64,000 nt of DNA from Eledone cirrhosa (lineage: Eukaryota): contig OZ024753.1 of NCBI GenBank assembly GCA_964016885.1, positions 24,180,001 to 24,244,000 of the forward strand, in the 5' to 3' direction. Position numbers and translations under genes: made by a program. Under the pieces are notes generated by a model that ran no database searches, was not told where the DNA came from, and was given only the letters and a program-made list of their open reading frames with translations. Shown one piece after another: positions 25,640 through 39,345 of the stretch (position 1 is the first letter of the stretch; the number at the start of each line of letters is the position of its first letter).

Positions 25640-28600
25640 ATAATAATAAATTTGAAGACTAAAATCCAAAGAGGGCTCGATAAGGATAAATATATATCAA
25701 ATATATAAGAACCGTAGAGCAAATTATCCTTATCGAGCCCTCTTTGGATTTTAGTCTTCAAATTTATTATTATTTCTATTTGGCTCCCTCGATTGAGCAC
25801 TCTATTGACTTATATTCATCATGCAGAAACAACATCTGAATATTTCTACAAAGAACATACCCGTACCAAGCAGGAAAACATACCTAAACTCCTGATACAG
25901 AAAACAGACGCGTTCATTAAAAGGTTGCGTTGGCGTGCCTTTTATTTCGATAATCCGCGAAAAGGACAACAAACAGGATAAATTTGGATTTAAAACCTAT
26001 AATAACACCCACCCACCCACCCACGTGTAACCCAGCATTGCTACCCTTCGAAAATGATGTCTTGGAACTCATACGGAGTATCAAATTTCGGAATAGGAGC
26101 AATTCCTTCCAGCAGGACCTGAAGAATAGAATTCGTTCTATTAAGGATTCTAATGCCGTGCACGTCCATTCCGAGAAAACTGGCAACCTATATCAAGTGG
26201 AGCGCAGTACTTACCATCAACTACTACATAATGCTGTAACTAAGGATTACCGTAAATCTAATCGGTGCGTCATCAATGAAATCAACGATGCTGGGTTTTA
26301 AATCACATCTGATCTCAACATCCTGGACCGGACCGAACCTCTGGACCCTTGTCTCCCCACTTTACCCTGAAGGATCACAAATCCAATTTTCCGAACAACC
26401 CCTCTATTCGGCTTATTAACCCTACGAAGTCCGATTTAGGTAGACTTAGTAAAACGATTCTTGATACCTGAAATTAGAAGTTTGGCCCCTCTTGCACTGT
26501 GGAACAATTCTTTCGCGGTGATTGATTGGTTCAACGGCATATGGAACAAGGAACATTGCCGTTTTATCCAATTCGACATCAACAATTACTACTCCTCCAT
26601 CACTTTACCACTTCTCCTTAGAGCTATCAATTTCGCTAAAACACTCACAGTTGTTAAGGATTTCGAAGTTGATCTCATCCTCAATGCCCGCAAGTCGGTG
26701 ATTAATTTCGACGACTCTATTTGGATGAAAAAATCCCATAGTACCCCATTCGACGTGAGTATGGGCGCCAGCGATTCTGCGGAGGTTACTGATCTTATCG
26801 GCCTTTTCCTTCTTTTCTCTATCAAGGACGAATTCCCCAACGCGGGCGGTGGTTTGTACCGTGATGATGGTCTTTTGACCATGACTAAGTGCGGACCTCG
26901 TGCTTGCGATAGGTTCAGAAAAGAACTCACAGCCTTCTTTAAAGGCTTCAACCTCTCTATACAGGTTGAGGCCAATCTCTCGGTCGTTAATTACCTCGAC
27001 GTTACCCTCAATTTATCGAATGGGTTGTATTACCCGCATAGAAAGCCGAATGATACGCTTAATTACATAAGTAGGCATTCCAACCATCCTGCCAGCATAA
27101 CCAAGAACCTGGTAAGAAACGTTTCGTTGAGGCTTTCCCGTCTATCTACTAACGAGCATATTTTCAACGACCATTCCACTTATTACAATGAAGCTCTTGC
27201 TCGGAGTGGATTTGTCGATAAGGTAGCATATACAGAGTACGAAAATAGACCTAGAAGAAATAGATCCCGTCGCATTTGTTGGTATTACCCACCATATAAT
27301 ATGGAGGTGGCCACACCATTAGCTAAGATTTTTCTTTCCCTTATTACGAAGCATTTTCCCCCTACACATAAATATAGTAACATTTTTAATAGAAATACTA
27401 TTAAAATTTCTTACTCTACGACTCCTAACCTTGCACATAACATCACAGCTTCAAATTTAGCTAAACTACCTAGCCGTAGAAACACGTGCAACCCTGTAGT
27501 TAGTACTAACTGTAATTGTAGGAATCGGGTTGAATGCCCCCTATCCGGGAAATGCCTCTCTAGTAACATTGTCTACAAATGTAAGGTTGAAACACCCACG
27601 TCCCGTAGGGCCTACATAGGGTTAACCGCCAATAGATTCAAGCAGCGTCTTTACATGCATACCCATTCTTTTCGTTACCCTCTGAGAAGGAATATGACGT
27701 CACTTTCAGCTTATATCTGGAGTCTAAAAGACAACCACACCCAATATAAGTTACACTTGGAGATCCTAGCTAGGGCTAGATCGTATAACGGAAATATAAG
27801 ACCATGTGACCTCTGCGCCGCTGAGGCCCTGGAATTAATCTACGCCACAGACCACATCTTAAACTAAAAATCTGAGGCAATTTCGGCTTGTAAACATAAA
27901 TTGCACAAAACTTTCCTGTATTACAGCCCCACGTTATACCCTAACGGATAGTACGATCTATACGTGGATATTTTACGTCTTGATGTGGTAGCTAAGTATA
28001 TGTTTTGTTTATACCAATTACTTAGTTGCATAGGTAAGTATATATTACCTGTATGTTTGGTGAAGGTACGTATACTCTCTCGTACGTATATTTGATTGTA
28101 TATGTTATGGCGTATAATTTTTTATATATTCTGGTACATATGGTTTGGTTATGTGTATACGGGAGTTTTGCGTCTGTGTGAGTATGCAGGTTCGTACGTA
28201 TGTAGGATGCATGTATATGTGTACTTCATGTTTTGGTTGACTTACGTCTCCGAACATTTGTGTATTTACATGTAGGTATGTGTGTGCGCTTGTTATATAC
28301 GTATTTATTTATTTATATACGTTTATTTAATTAATTATTTATTTGTATGCACGCACACACACACACACACACACATATTTATATGTGCTTGGTTTTGTAT
28401 ACCTACGGGGAGTGTTTTCGCATATGCTTGTGTATGTACGTATTTGTATGCGTGTATGTATTTATTTAATGTCTATTACCTCTGTATTGTATTTATTTAC
28501 TTTATTCTTAACTTCGAAGCGGAGATTCATTCGGTCTCCTAGTTAGAATTTTAGTCTACGACTTCTGCTATACCATTTACGTGGTTTTGTCTTTGCGTAC

Positions 28601-28970
28601 AATTGTTCTCTACGCTCCACATATGACGTATTATCTTCGTTCTTTTCGTTCATTGCCAGAGAACGTCTCTATGAACCAGCTAAGAGAACATTAGTCTACG
28701 ACCTCTTTTATACCATAAACGTGGTTCTGTCTTTGCGCGTAATTGTTTTTCACCGCTCCTATTAATGACGTATTATATTCGTTTTTTCCAGTTCTTTGCC
28801 AGGGAACGTTCCCACGAACCAAAGTATCGTCTTCCTGTCTTCCTCCGGTTGCAACGTTTTTTGAAATATCCACTTCTGCGTTTACAGATTGACTTTGTTA
28901 GTTTCAGAAGATCCCGTTAAGGGTGAAAGCAGCGATTCTTTGCTTAAACTTTAATCTGTTAGTTTAATAA
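25640..28970 (+). mobile_element. Penelope-like retroelement PLE-2 (Naiad-type)
   Basis: 5' 50-bp inverted repeat, RT + GIY-YIG ORF, 3' UTR, degenerate HHR at ~28900-28950, and (TA)n flanks. Confidence 0.9.
25821..27951 (+). pseudogene. PLE-2 RT / GIY-YIG ORF, disrupted
   Basis: AFIKRLRWRAF, QFDINNYYSSI, MGASDSA, LYRDD, YLDVTL, CNCRNRVECPL, VYKC..AYIGLT..FKQR..H, CDLC. Frameshifts in the 5' part and a TAA at 27865-27867. Confidence 0.92.
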
Positions 28971-29080
28971 ATATATATATATATATATATATACGTAGGT
29001 CCCGGGTTGAGTCAGGGATAACCACAGTAAGTAAGGTACTCAATACATGGCAGAGTAAAATATATTTATTGTATAGAAGG

Positions 29081-29131
29081 AGCTTCTACAGGACTAGTAC
29101 TGTTTCATTCAGATGAAATCTTCAGGAAGCT
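29081..29131 (-). ncRNA. Type I hammerhead ribozyme (PLE-3 pLTR)
   Basis: Minus strand: agcttc-CTGAAGA-tttc atct gaat-GAAA-cag tactagtc ctg-TA-gaagct. Confidence 0.85.
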
Positions 29132-29678
29132 GGGTGTCATATTAAGTTCTGGTATTTATACATTTAGATTTAGGTAGTGGTAAGGGAGGGGTGGTGGCTG
29201 GGGGGGGGGGGGGTAGGATGGTATTTAGATACACAGGACCACAACATGGCACAGGCCGTTTTTTCTTTGAGGTGTGGTCAATTAGCCAGAGTGCTTTTGT
29301 AAAATAAAATGAAAAGAAAAAGTAAATAAGTAAATAAATAAATAAATAAATGAATAAATAGATAAATGAATAAATAAATAAATAAAAATGAATAAAAAAT
29401 AAATAAATAAATAAAAACCCCAGGAATAGTAATTCAACAGATATATAGTAGGGAAACTTTTTTAGGTGGGTTGGTATTAGAAGATAAACAAGACCGAATC
29501 ATGGCACAGACTGAGGTGAGTGGTCAAGTTAACATACAAGCTACAGGTGGCCAGAGTGTTTTTGTAGAATGGAAGGAATAAAATATATTTACATACTCAC
29601 AACCACATACATAAATACTTACACACACATATACATGTATATACACATATACATACACATACATATATATACACATAG

Positions 29679-29724
<46 letters not shown>

Positions 29725-30130
29725 ACATATACATGCACACACGCATACATACACATACACATACAAATACATACACATAAACACATATACACATACACGC
29801 ACTCGTTCGCACACATACATGTATCTATAATATATTGGGAAAAAGTAGTGGGACAAATTATAAACTGAGCCTGATAGAGGATTAAAATAATTATTACCAC
29901 TACTAAGTTATTAATATTATCATCAAGTAATTAATTACTATTTATTATTTACCATTCACTATTCATTACCTATCTTTTATCTTTTATCTATTCATTACTT
30001 AATCATTCACTTATTAATTAATAAATAAATGAGTTAACTAACACATAAACAAACAGATAAACAAATAAACAAATAAATAAATAAATAAATAAATAAATAG
30101 ATAAATAAATAAATAAATAAATAAAATAAC

Positions 30131-30181
<51 letters not shown>

Positions 30182-30423
30182 ATCTCGAACGTGTGCGTGC
30201 AGCAGTTCATAACTGCACGTATGCAAACATGAGCAGATATATACGTGAATTTGTGTGTGCGGCCACGGAACCTTACTCAGAGGCATACAACACAATATAT
30301 AAGACCTGGAGGGGAGGAAAGAAGGTAATAATGAGAGATAGAGGGGAGGAAAGAAGGTAATAATGAGAGATGGAGGGACGGAAGTGGGATGGGGTACGGG
30401 GGTGGGGTGGTGATATGGGGGGG

Positions 30424-31874
30424 TCAATCGGGGGGCCGGGTGGGTCTGTAGTTTCTGTAATTTGCATGGTTCTTGTGCATGCAATTAGGGGAGTGTTCCG
30501 AGATCTTGTTGAGGAGAGGGCCTTTGGCGAATAGAATCTCATAGCTCTCGGAGATACAGAGGTCACAGCAATTATGGCCTCCCGTGTAGGATCGCGCTCT
30601 CTGGAGTAGTCTCCATTGGGTCTTGAAGGGGATGGAGTTCCTTTTAAGGTGCCAGATGTGGGCGGCGAGTGTTGTTTGGTTAGATTTGTCTGGGCGCCGG
30701 AACGAATGTGTGTGGGCGTACCAGCAAGTCTTAAAACTGTTAGAAGTCATCCCGATGTACGCGTTTCTTTTTTCATCGGGGCCTGAGAGTACATCGCATA
30801 TATAGACGAGATCTTTTTTTAAGACAGTTGTTGTTGAGGGGGCAGGTAGTCTTATCAGGGCAATTGCAATTGCCATCGGTTGCTGGATGGGCTTCGGAAA
30901 AAGTAGACTTATTTAACTTCTTGACGTTATTGTTGGCTAAGTTCCTAGCCAGATTATGTGTGGTTGAGTAAGAGAGTCTAATGGTATTCTTATTAAGGAT
31001 TGTATAGTACCTGTGTTGGGTGGGGAAGTGTTTTGTAAGAGAGTGAAGAAAATTTTAGCTACAGGTGTTGAAACTTCGCGGTTGAAGGGGGGGGGGTTGT
31101 ACCAGCTAATGTGCCTTCGCCTATTCTTCCTGGGTGGACGTGGGGCTATACTAAGGTAGGTGATCTTATCTCTAAAGCCGCTGCGCTGCCAGGGCCTCGT
31201 TGTAATAGGGGTTGCTGCTCTAAAGATATCTTCATTGGCGGCGAGGCTAGATATCCTAATGGAGACACTTTTCACTAGGTTGTCTAATATATTTTTGGGG
31301 TGGTTAGAATTAACGTCTATATATCTAAGGGATTCATTAGGTTTGTGGTACGGGTAATAAAGGGAAGTTTCTAAGTCGAGGGTAACGTCTAGGAAGTTAG
31401 CTTTAGTTAAGTTCGAATCTAAGGTAATCCTAAGGCCTAAGTTTTTAAAGAAGGTGTAAAGGTTTTTCCTGAACCATTCCGTGGTCCTGGGGTTGATTTT
31501 GTGGAGGGCAAAGAGGCCGTCATCTCGGTAGAGACCGCCGGAGAGGCCTGTGAAGAGGGTCTTCAACCTGAGGAGGATGAACAGACCCACAAGGTCACTT
31601 ATTTCAGCTGAGTCGCTAGCACCGATGCTAACGTCGAAGGGGGTCTCAGATTTTTTGTTGATCCAGTGGGATCTGTCATGGTAAAGAAAAGTCTTACGTG
31701 CATGGAGGATCACATCCTGCTCGGCTTCGGTGATTGTGGTAAAGTTCCTGGCGAAGTTAATCGCGTCAATCAGCAGGCTCTCTGATATGCAGGCGTAGTA
31801 GTCCTCGATGTCTAGCTGCAGGAAGCGGGTGTTGCTTTTGTCGGGAAAGTCCCGGAACCATGTGATTGCCTCCA
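30424..31874 (-). pseudogene. PLE-3 RT C-terminal half + GIY-YIG
   Basis: LQLDIEDYY, GASDSAE, LYRDD, FLDVTL, NHP, VYIC..AYIGMTSNSFK..H, CDLC. Frameshifted. Confidence 0.9.
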
Positions 31875-32626
31875 TACACATACACACATACAAATACATA
31901 CACATAAACACATATACACATACACGCACTCGTTCGCACACATACATGTATCTATAATATATTGGGAAAAAGTAGTGGGACAAATTATAAACTGAGCCTG
32001 ATAGAGGATTAAAATAATTATTATCACTACTAAGTTATTAATATTATCATCAAGTAATTAATTACTATTTATTATTTACCATTCACTATTCATTACCTAT
32101 CTTTTATCTATTCATTACTTAATCATTCACTTATTAATTAATTAATAAATGAGTTAACTAACAAACAAACAAACAAACAGATAAACAAATAAACAAATAA
32201 ATAAATAAATAAATAAATATTTTATTTATTTATTTATTTATCTATTTATTTATTTATTTATTTATTTATTTGTTTATTTGTTTATCTGTTTGTTTGTTTG
32301 TTTGTTAGTTAACTCATTTATTTATTAATTAATAAGTGAATGATTAAGTAATGAATAGATAAAAGATAAAAGATAGGTAATGAATAGTGAATGGTAAATA
32401 ATAAATAGTAATTAATTACTTGATGATAATATTAATAACTTAGTAGTGATAATAATTATGTTAATCCTCTATCAGGCTCAGTTTATAATTAGTCCCACTA
32501 CTTTTTCCCAATATATTATAAATACATGTATGTGTGCGAACGAGTGCGTGTATGTGTATATGTGTTTATGTGTATGTATTTGTATGTGTGTATCTGTATG
32601 TATGCGTGTGTGCATGTATATGTGTA

Positions 32627-32723
<97 letters not shown>

Positions 32724-33043
32724 GTGTATATATATGTATGTGTATGTATATGTGTATATATATATATGTATATGTGTGTATATATGTGTTTGTGTGTATG
32801 TATGAGTATGTATGTATGTGTGTGTATATGTATGTATATGTATGTATAGTATAGTTTATACCGAGAGACATACATACATGTATGTGTATATATATATGTG
32901 TATATATATATGTGTATATGCACGTGTGTATGTGTAGATATGTATGTATATGTATATATATATATATATGAGTGTATGCATATATATGTGTGTGTATGTG
33001 TATGCGTGTGTGTGTGTATATTTGTGTGTATGTGCTTTTTTCT

Positions 33044-33122
<79 letters not shown>

Positions 33123-33648
33123 ATATATATGCATAGATATGCATATATATATATATGTGTGTGTAAGTGTTTATGTATGTGGTTGTGAGTAAATATATTT
33201 TATTCTTTCCATTCTACAAAAACACTCTGGCCACCTGTAGCTTGTATGTTAACTTGACCACTCACCTCAGTCTGTGCCATGATTCGGTCTTGTTTATCTT
33301 CTAATACCAACCCACCTAAAAAAGTTTCCCTACTATATATCTGTTGAATTACTATTCCTGGGGTTTTTATTTATTTATTTATTTTTATTTATTTGTATTT
33401 ATTTATTTATTCATTTATCTATTTATTCATTTATTTATTTATTTATTTACTTATTTACTTTTTCTTTTTCTTTTCCTTTTATTTTACAAAAGCACTCTGG
33501 CTAATTGACCACTCCTCAAAGAAAAAACGGCCTGTGCCATGTTGTGGTCCTGTGTATCTAAATACCATCCTACCCCCCCCCCCCCCCGCCACCACCCCTC
33601 CCTTACCCCTACCTAAATGTACAAATACCAGAACTTAATATGACACCC

Positions 33649-33699
33649 AGCTTCCTGAAGATTTCATCTGAATGAAACAGTACTAGTCCTGTTGAAGCT
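33649..33699 (+). ncRNA. Type I hammerhead ribozyme (PLE-3 inverted copy)
   Basis: agcttc-CTGAAGA-tttcatctgaat-GAAA-cag tactagtc ctg-TT-gaagct. Confidence 0.8.
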
Positions 33700-33715
33700 C
33701 CTTCTATACAATAAA

Positions 33716-33845
<130 letters not shown>

Positions 33846-33854
33846 GAATAAAGG

Positions 33855-33950
33855 ACAACAGTTTGTCAGAATCGTTACGTACTGAGTTCAAATCGTGTCG
33901 AGGCCAACATTACCTTTCAGTGTTCGGGGGCCGATAAAGTACAGTACCTG
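33855..33950 (+). mobile_element. SINE fragment (Meta-domain-like)
   Basis: gagttcaaatc...cctttcagtgttcgggggccgataaag. Confidence 0.6.
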
Positions 33951-34002
33951 CGCAATATTTGTGTGAACATATTCGACTTATCCTCACCAAAAGCTTCCTG
34001 CT

Positions 34003-34190
34003 TACCATATATACTGGAATATGAGTCGAGGAAATGTGACCAGAAATTGGTAAAATGGGTGGGGCTGGCTTATATTTACCATCTAAACAGTGTTGATCAG
34101 CTGCTTCAGATTATAAATGGGGTTTGGAGTTTTGCCCATTTCTCAGACAGAAAATAGGGGTCAATTTATATTGAAGTATATAGTATGGTA
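34003..34190. mobile_element. Tc1/mariner/pogo-type MITE (family also at 35206 and 62899)
   Basis: TIRs taccatatatactggaatat / atattgaagtatatagtatggta. Confidence 0.7.
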
Positions 34191-34375
34191 TGATCCCGTG
34201 ACTCCTGGTAGAGTCGTAGAGGCACCGTATTGACAAACGGTATTTCTTGGACATTATTTAGTCTGGTGGAGCCCATTTCCTCTCCATGTCTGAATACATC
34301 AGATTTCTTCCAGAAAATGATAGAAAATGAGAGAGAGAGGAAGTGGGAAAAGAAATATAGAAGAAGAATCAACCT

Positions 34376-34525
34376 GAGTACCAGACTGGTACTTTATTTA
34401 TCGATCTCAAATGAATGAAAGGCAAAGTTGACTTCGGGTGGGTTTGAGCTCAGAGAGCCGAGAACCAGAACCAATACCACAAACTATTCTATCCAACGTT
34501 CTAATGACTCTGCCAATCCACCGCT
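34376..34525 (-). mobile_element. tRNA-derived SINE (Meta-domain-like)
   Basis: ctggtactttatttatcga...gaaaggcaaagttgacttcgg...ctgccaatccaccgc. Confidence 0.75.
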
Positions 34526-34958
34526 CTATTCATGTGTATACTGTATGTAAAAAATCGCCATAAATGTTGAGAATTGACTGACTCTTTGGAGAGTCGGACA
34601 AAATGGTGTTTAACTATGATTTATTTTACATCAGTGTTCATATCTCACTCAGATCAGCTTTAACTTTCAAACTTCTGTGGACGATGAAATAGATGAAATA
34701 ACAGTATAAAGTCCTGGCATTAATTTAAACGACTAATGTTTTCCCCAAATGTCACCTAGCTTTGTGTCTCTGCTAGAAATGGTTATAAACACAGCTTTAA
34801 TATTTATAGAGCTGCGTGTAAAAGACGACATACATGTAATACTTTGTACTGCTTTCATGTCACCGACCAAGAGAAATCTATCTTCTCTCTGTTCATTTCA
34901 TATATAACATTCCCAAATTATCAGCTACACATTTTCCGACGTTATTGTAAAGTAATAT

Positions 34959-35155
34959 ATAGTTTATGGGCGGTGGATTGGCAGTATCGGTAGAGGGTCG
35001 GATGCCATGCTTTGCAGCATAGAGTTTGGCCCCTTTAAGATCTGGGTTCAAATCCCGCCGAGGTTAACTTTGCCTTTCATCCTTACGGGGTCGATAAAAT
35101 AAAGTACCAGTAATGTACTGGGATAATTGCTGGCCTTGTGCCAAAAGTAGAAACA
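34959..35155 (+). mobile_element. Full-length tRNA-derived SINE with 18-bp TSD
   Basis: A/B boxes (ttggcagtatcgg, gggttcaaatccc) and core gcctttcatccttacggggtcgataaaataaagtaccag. TSD gttattgtaaagtaatat at 34941-34958 and 35156-35173. Confidence 0.9.
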
Positions 35156-35205
35156 GTTATTGTAAAGTAATATTAGTATGAAGTCGTCTGACCAGAGTTA
35201 CTACA

Positions 35206-35397
35206 TACCGAATATACTCGTATATAAGATGTCCCCTAATTTTTGTCTGAGAAACGAGCAAAAATTCAAAGCCCGTCTCTAAGTCAAGGCAGCTAATAAC
35301 CGCATTACGTTTAGATGGCGAATATAAGCAGACCCTTCATTTTACCATCGAGGTTTTGGTCACATATTCTTCGGCTTATATTCAAGTATATACGGTA
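35206..35397. mobile_element. Tc1/mariner/pogo-type MITE
   Basis: TIRs taccgaatatactcgtatataag / cttatattcaagtatatacggta. Confidence 0.8.
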
Positions 35398-35667
35398 ACT
35401 ATTGATGGGTGTCTGAAATTGAGTTCCATAACCAAGTAACCCACTCTCTTATTCTACCAGCTTGATTCTATTCTAATCTAGCAATCCTATGACCAATGAC
35501 GTAAAGACTAGGACCCTTCTACCATATTTTCGTTGACTACGCCCCGCACTATATTATCTAATATACCCAATTTTAAGACAGAATGTGTTTTGAGGGATAT
35601 TTAGCTGTACTGTTATTAGCTTTCTCCTTCCCATGCATATACATATATATACATATAAAAATATATT

Positions 35668-38600
35668 CTCTTTTACTCTTTTACCTGTTCCAGCCATCCG
35701 GCTGAGGTCATGCTCGGGCACCACCTTTGTTGCTACACATTCTATCTCCGGCCTGGGTTGGCTGGCCACTGGTGCAAGAGGGAGTTCGTTGCTGCTGCCC
35801 TTAGGTTACCTTCGTACCGAGCTGTGGGCTCATCCGGGATCCTGGATAGCAGGGTGTCAAGATGTTTCTTGAAAACATCCACGTCCACACCATGCAGATC
35901 ACTCAAATCCCTTGGCAGCTTGTTGAAGAGTTGAGGGCATTTGAACCCCAGGCTATTGCAATATCTGCTCCTTATTCTAGATATCGAAGATGCGACCTTT
36001 TGCACTGGACAGTGACGTCCTGTTCGGGCGTTGGTCCAGCTCCAAATATCAAAGTTTGGTGCTAGTCCCTCCAGGCTTTTCCATATGTATATCGCTGCGT
36101 ATCTCTCCCGTCTTCGTTCCAAGGAGTAGATTTTCAGTTCTTTTAGCCTCTCCCAGTAGCTTATCTCCTTCATCGTGGCAATCCTTTTGATGTAGCTTCG
36201 TTGGGTTGCCTGAAGCTCCGTGGTTTGTTTGATACTATGAGGTGACCACAGCTGGGAGCAATAGACCAGGCGGATTAGGACAAATGTCCTCCATAGTATC
36301 AACATGGACTCTCGGTCTCTTATCTGGAAAGTCCTCAAGATACAGCCAGCGAGTCGTCTGCTCATTGTCGCCACGCTCATTATGTGCGAGGAGAAAGATG
36401 TATCGTCGCTCATGTCTATTCGCAGGTCTCGTATCAATTTCGACACAGGAATTTCTATCCCTCCTGGTCCAGTGTTGCTGTGTTGTAATGTATTTGTGTT
36501 TGCAGGTTAGTATTGTAGGGCATGAAATTTTACAGCATTAAACTGCATGTTGTTGTCCTCAGCCCATTTGTATATGGCATTCAGATCTTGTAAAAGGACA
36601 GCATAAGCCGGCTGTTTGATTGCCTATGCTACCTTTGTGTGATCAGCATAGCTAATGAGGGATGTTGTATGTACTACAGAAGGCATGTCTGACAGAGCCA
36701 CCTAAACCAGTAGTGGTCCCAAGACTGTGCCCTGGGGCACCCCACTTGTTATTGATGTTTCCTTTGAGAGGGTTCCATCAGCTGCAACTGTTTGGTTTCT
36801 GTCATTTAAGAAATCATGCAGCTACTCACCTACTTTTCCCGTATGGCAAGTCTGTGTAGTTTGTAAATATCATTCCGTGGTCGACCTTGTCAAAGGCCTT
36901 CGCAAAGTCAAGATATATCACGTCCACATGTGCGCTGTCTAGCAGTTGTTTCAGTACCCAGTTATACTGTTGTAGCAGCTGTGTAAAGCAGCAGCTTCCT
37001 AGGCGAAAGCCATGCTGCGTGTTAGTCAGGCGGTCATTTTCTTCGAGGAACGTGATCAGTTTCTTTCTGATAACTTGTTCCATGACCTTACTGATATGTG
37101 ACGTCAGGGAGACTGGCCTGTTATTTTTGGCATCCGCTCTGCTTCCTCTTTTATGGATAAGGCCTATTGTGCCTTCTTTCAGCTCCCTGGGTAGTATACC
37201 GCTAGCCAAGGAGATTCTGAAGAGCGTCTTCAGTGGAGTTGCTAAGGACCGCTTACATGTTTTTAAGAGGACTGCTGGGAATCCATCAGGTCCAGCGGCT
37301 TAGTCTGTTCTAATTTCTTCTATAGCGTATACCACATCCTCCTCCGTTATGTCTATGTGGTTGATGGTCGCCATTTCTTCATGTAGTGTTGTGGCATCAA
37401 AGAACTCCTCTGGCTTTGTTATTTGCATGTGCCTCAGTGGACATGTGAACACACATTTGTACTGTTCGTTCAGTATTTCACTTATCTCTTTGGGATCCTC
37501 GGTTAATGAAACATCTTTATGGAAGACTGGCCCAATCTTGCAGTGTACCGAGGCCGTCTCTTTTGCAAATTTAAAGAAGGCCTTAGGATTTGTTTTAATA
37601 TTTTCTATGGCCCTGATTTCTCTCTCTGCCCTCTTTTTTTCATGGAAAGTTTGAGTGCAGTTTCAATTTCAAGTAGTGCATGTTTCAGATAGGATTCCTT
37701 CTTGTCCTTTTTCTTTGTGCATTAAACTGGTTTGAGAGCTTAGTTCTTCGTCTCATAAGGATTTTCCTGTCTCTAGGAATAAGATTTTTGTGTCCGTTGG
37801 CTTTTTTCTCCGGGACAAACTTATGACATATAGTTTGTATTGTTGTCATGAAGTGTCGAAAATGTGTCTTGGTGTCTTGTGTGGTGATGTTGTCGCTCCA
37901 ATTTTGCTTCCGGATTTCTGTCTTGATATTTTCCAGTTAGCCTTGTGAAAGTTAAGGCTGGATAAGTTCCCGGTGCTTCTTGATGGTTGCGTCTCTGTTA
38001 GTTCTCTCGGACCACATATCATTAGTTCTACTAAGTTATGATCTGAGGAAATCGTTGGTGTCATCTTTACATAGTGGATCAGCACTGCGTTGTTCGTAAA
38101 GCAGAGATCCAGGAATTCTCGCCTCTTGTTGGGAAGAGTATTGTTTGTTCCATGAACAGCCTGTGTGTGAGGGCCAGCAGGGATTCCGTCTGACTATGTT
38201 CTATTGACGTCATTCCAGGGAGGAGGTGGCCCTCGGGCCATTTGACCTTTGGCAGGTTGAAGTCTCCCAGCAGTAGAATGTTGAGACCCTGGTCCAGTTT
38301 GTCAAGAGGCTATCCTCAAATTTACCCTCATGACTAGGGACATCGGGCAGCCGATATGTGACACATATTACTGTCTGTAGTTGCTTCATATGTACTATCA
38401 GTGTGTTACAGACTGAGTTTGAATGTGTCAACAGTACAATGGGTGTGACATCTTCACGGATATACAGAGCAACCCCACCATGAGTTCTCTCCTTCCTGTC
38501 CGAACGAAATACAGTGTATTTCGGTATATGTATTTCCGTATCTACTATACTGCTTGTCAGGTGCGTTTCAGTTTGTGCCATGCATATTGTTTGATTGCTT

Positions 38601-39345
38601 ACGGCTAAGTCTCCCAGGTAGGAAATTTTACTCATGTTAGTGAGTTTCACCAGACCTCTGACATTCAACAGCAGCACTGGTATGACATTTGGGGTGTCGG
38701 CAATGACTGTCGGTGTGGCACCTGGCCTGGTGTCAGCGGCGGCCACCCTGGGTCCTTTATTTGTGGTGGTCTCGAGTGCTGATGTGAGTGACCCTAGTTC
38801 TGAGAATGATGCAGCCAGGTCATTTGTCCCACAATCTTCTCCGGCATCTCTAAAAAATAATTTTGCTCTGCTGCCGTTGTATATGCGTGCCTTCCCTCAT
38901 TGGGGCGGCACGGGCGACATCAGCATACTTCTGGGGCAGCTTGCATCGGTTCTGGTTTTGGCTGGGGCATTTTGTGTGAGTAGCTCACTTGGGGCCTGGG
39001 GTGAGCGAGCCTACAGCCTGTCCCTGTTTCTCCATGCCAGCAGATCCCGTTCCTGAAGAACTTGCATTTTACCTGGGTTTTCTTGCTCCCAGTGTCTCGG
39101 CGCCTTCTGTTCTTCCTTTGGACAGTTGTTCACTGGCCCTTTCTGCTTGGCTGCTATCTTTCGGATGGTCAATTCGTTTCTCACCTTTACCGCTTGCTTA
39201 TTGTTTGCCCAGCCTGCCTTCTTTGATTGTGGCGGCGGGTACCTCATTTGTTTTCAGGTCCTTCTGGGTCTCCGTAGACCCTTTGCGGTCAGTATTTGTG
39301 TTTTCTTCCCTTTCTTTTTCTTTCTCTCTGTCTTTTTCCTCCTTG
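35668..39345 (-). mobile_element. CR1-clade LINE (partial ORF1 with CCCH finger, APE + RT ORF2), degraded
   Basis: LLNVRGL..ETHL..RSDR..HGGVALY, SDHN, RPVSLTS, QHGF, YLDFAKAFDKVDH, SLERRRERY. ORF1 CKFFRNGICWHG..CRLAHP. (AAGAGT)-type tail at ~35668-35683. Confidence 0.9.

Noticed and set aside
34191-34290. Possible host exon (minus strand, HGEEMGSTRLNNVQEIPFVNTVPLRLYQESRD)
   Set aside because: No recognisable family, no donor site, and it runs into a MITE.
34959-35060. Genuine tRNA genes (also at 15702 and 40306)
   Set aside because: A/B boxes lead into SINE bodies, two copies have TSDs, and no cloverleaf was found.
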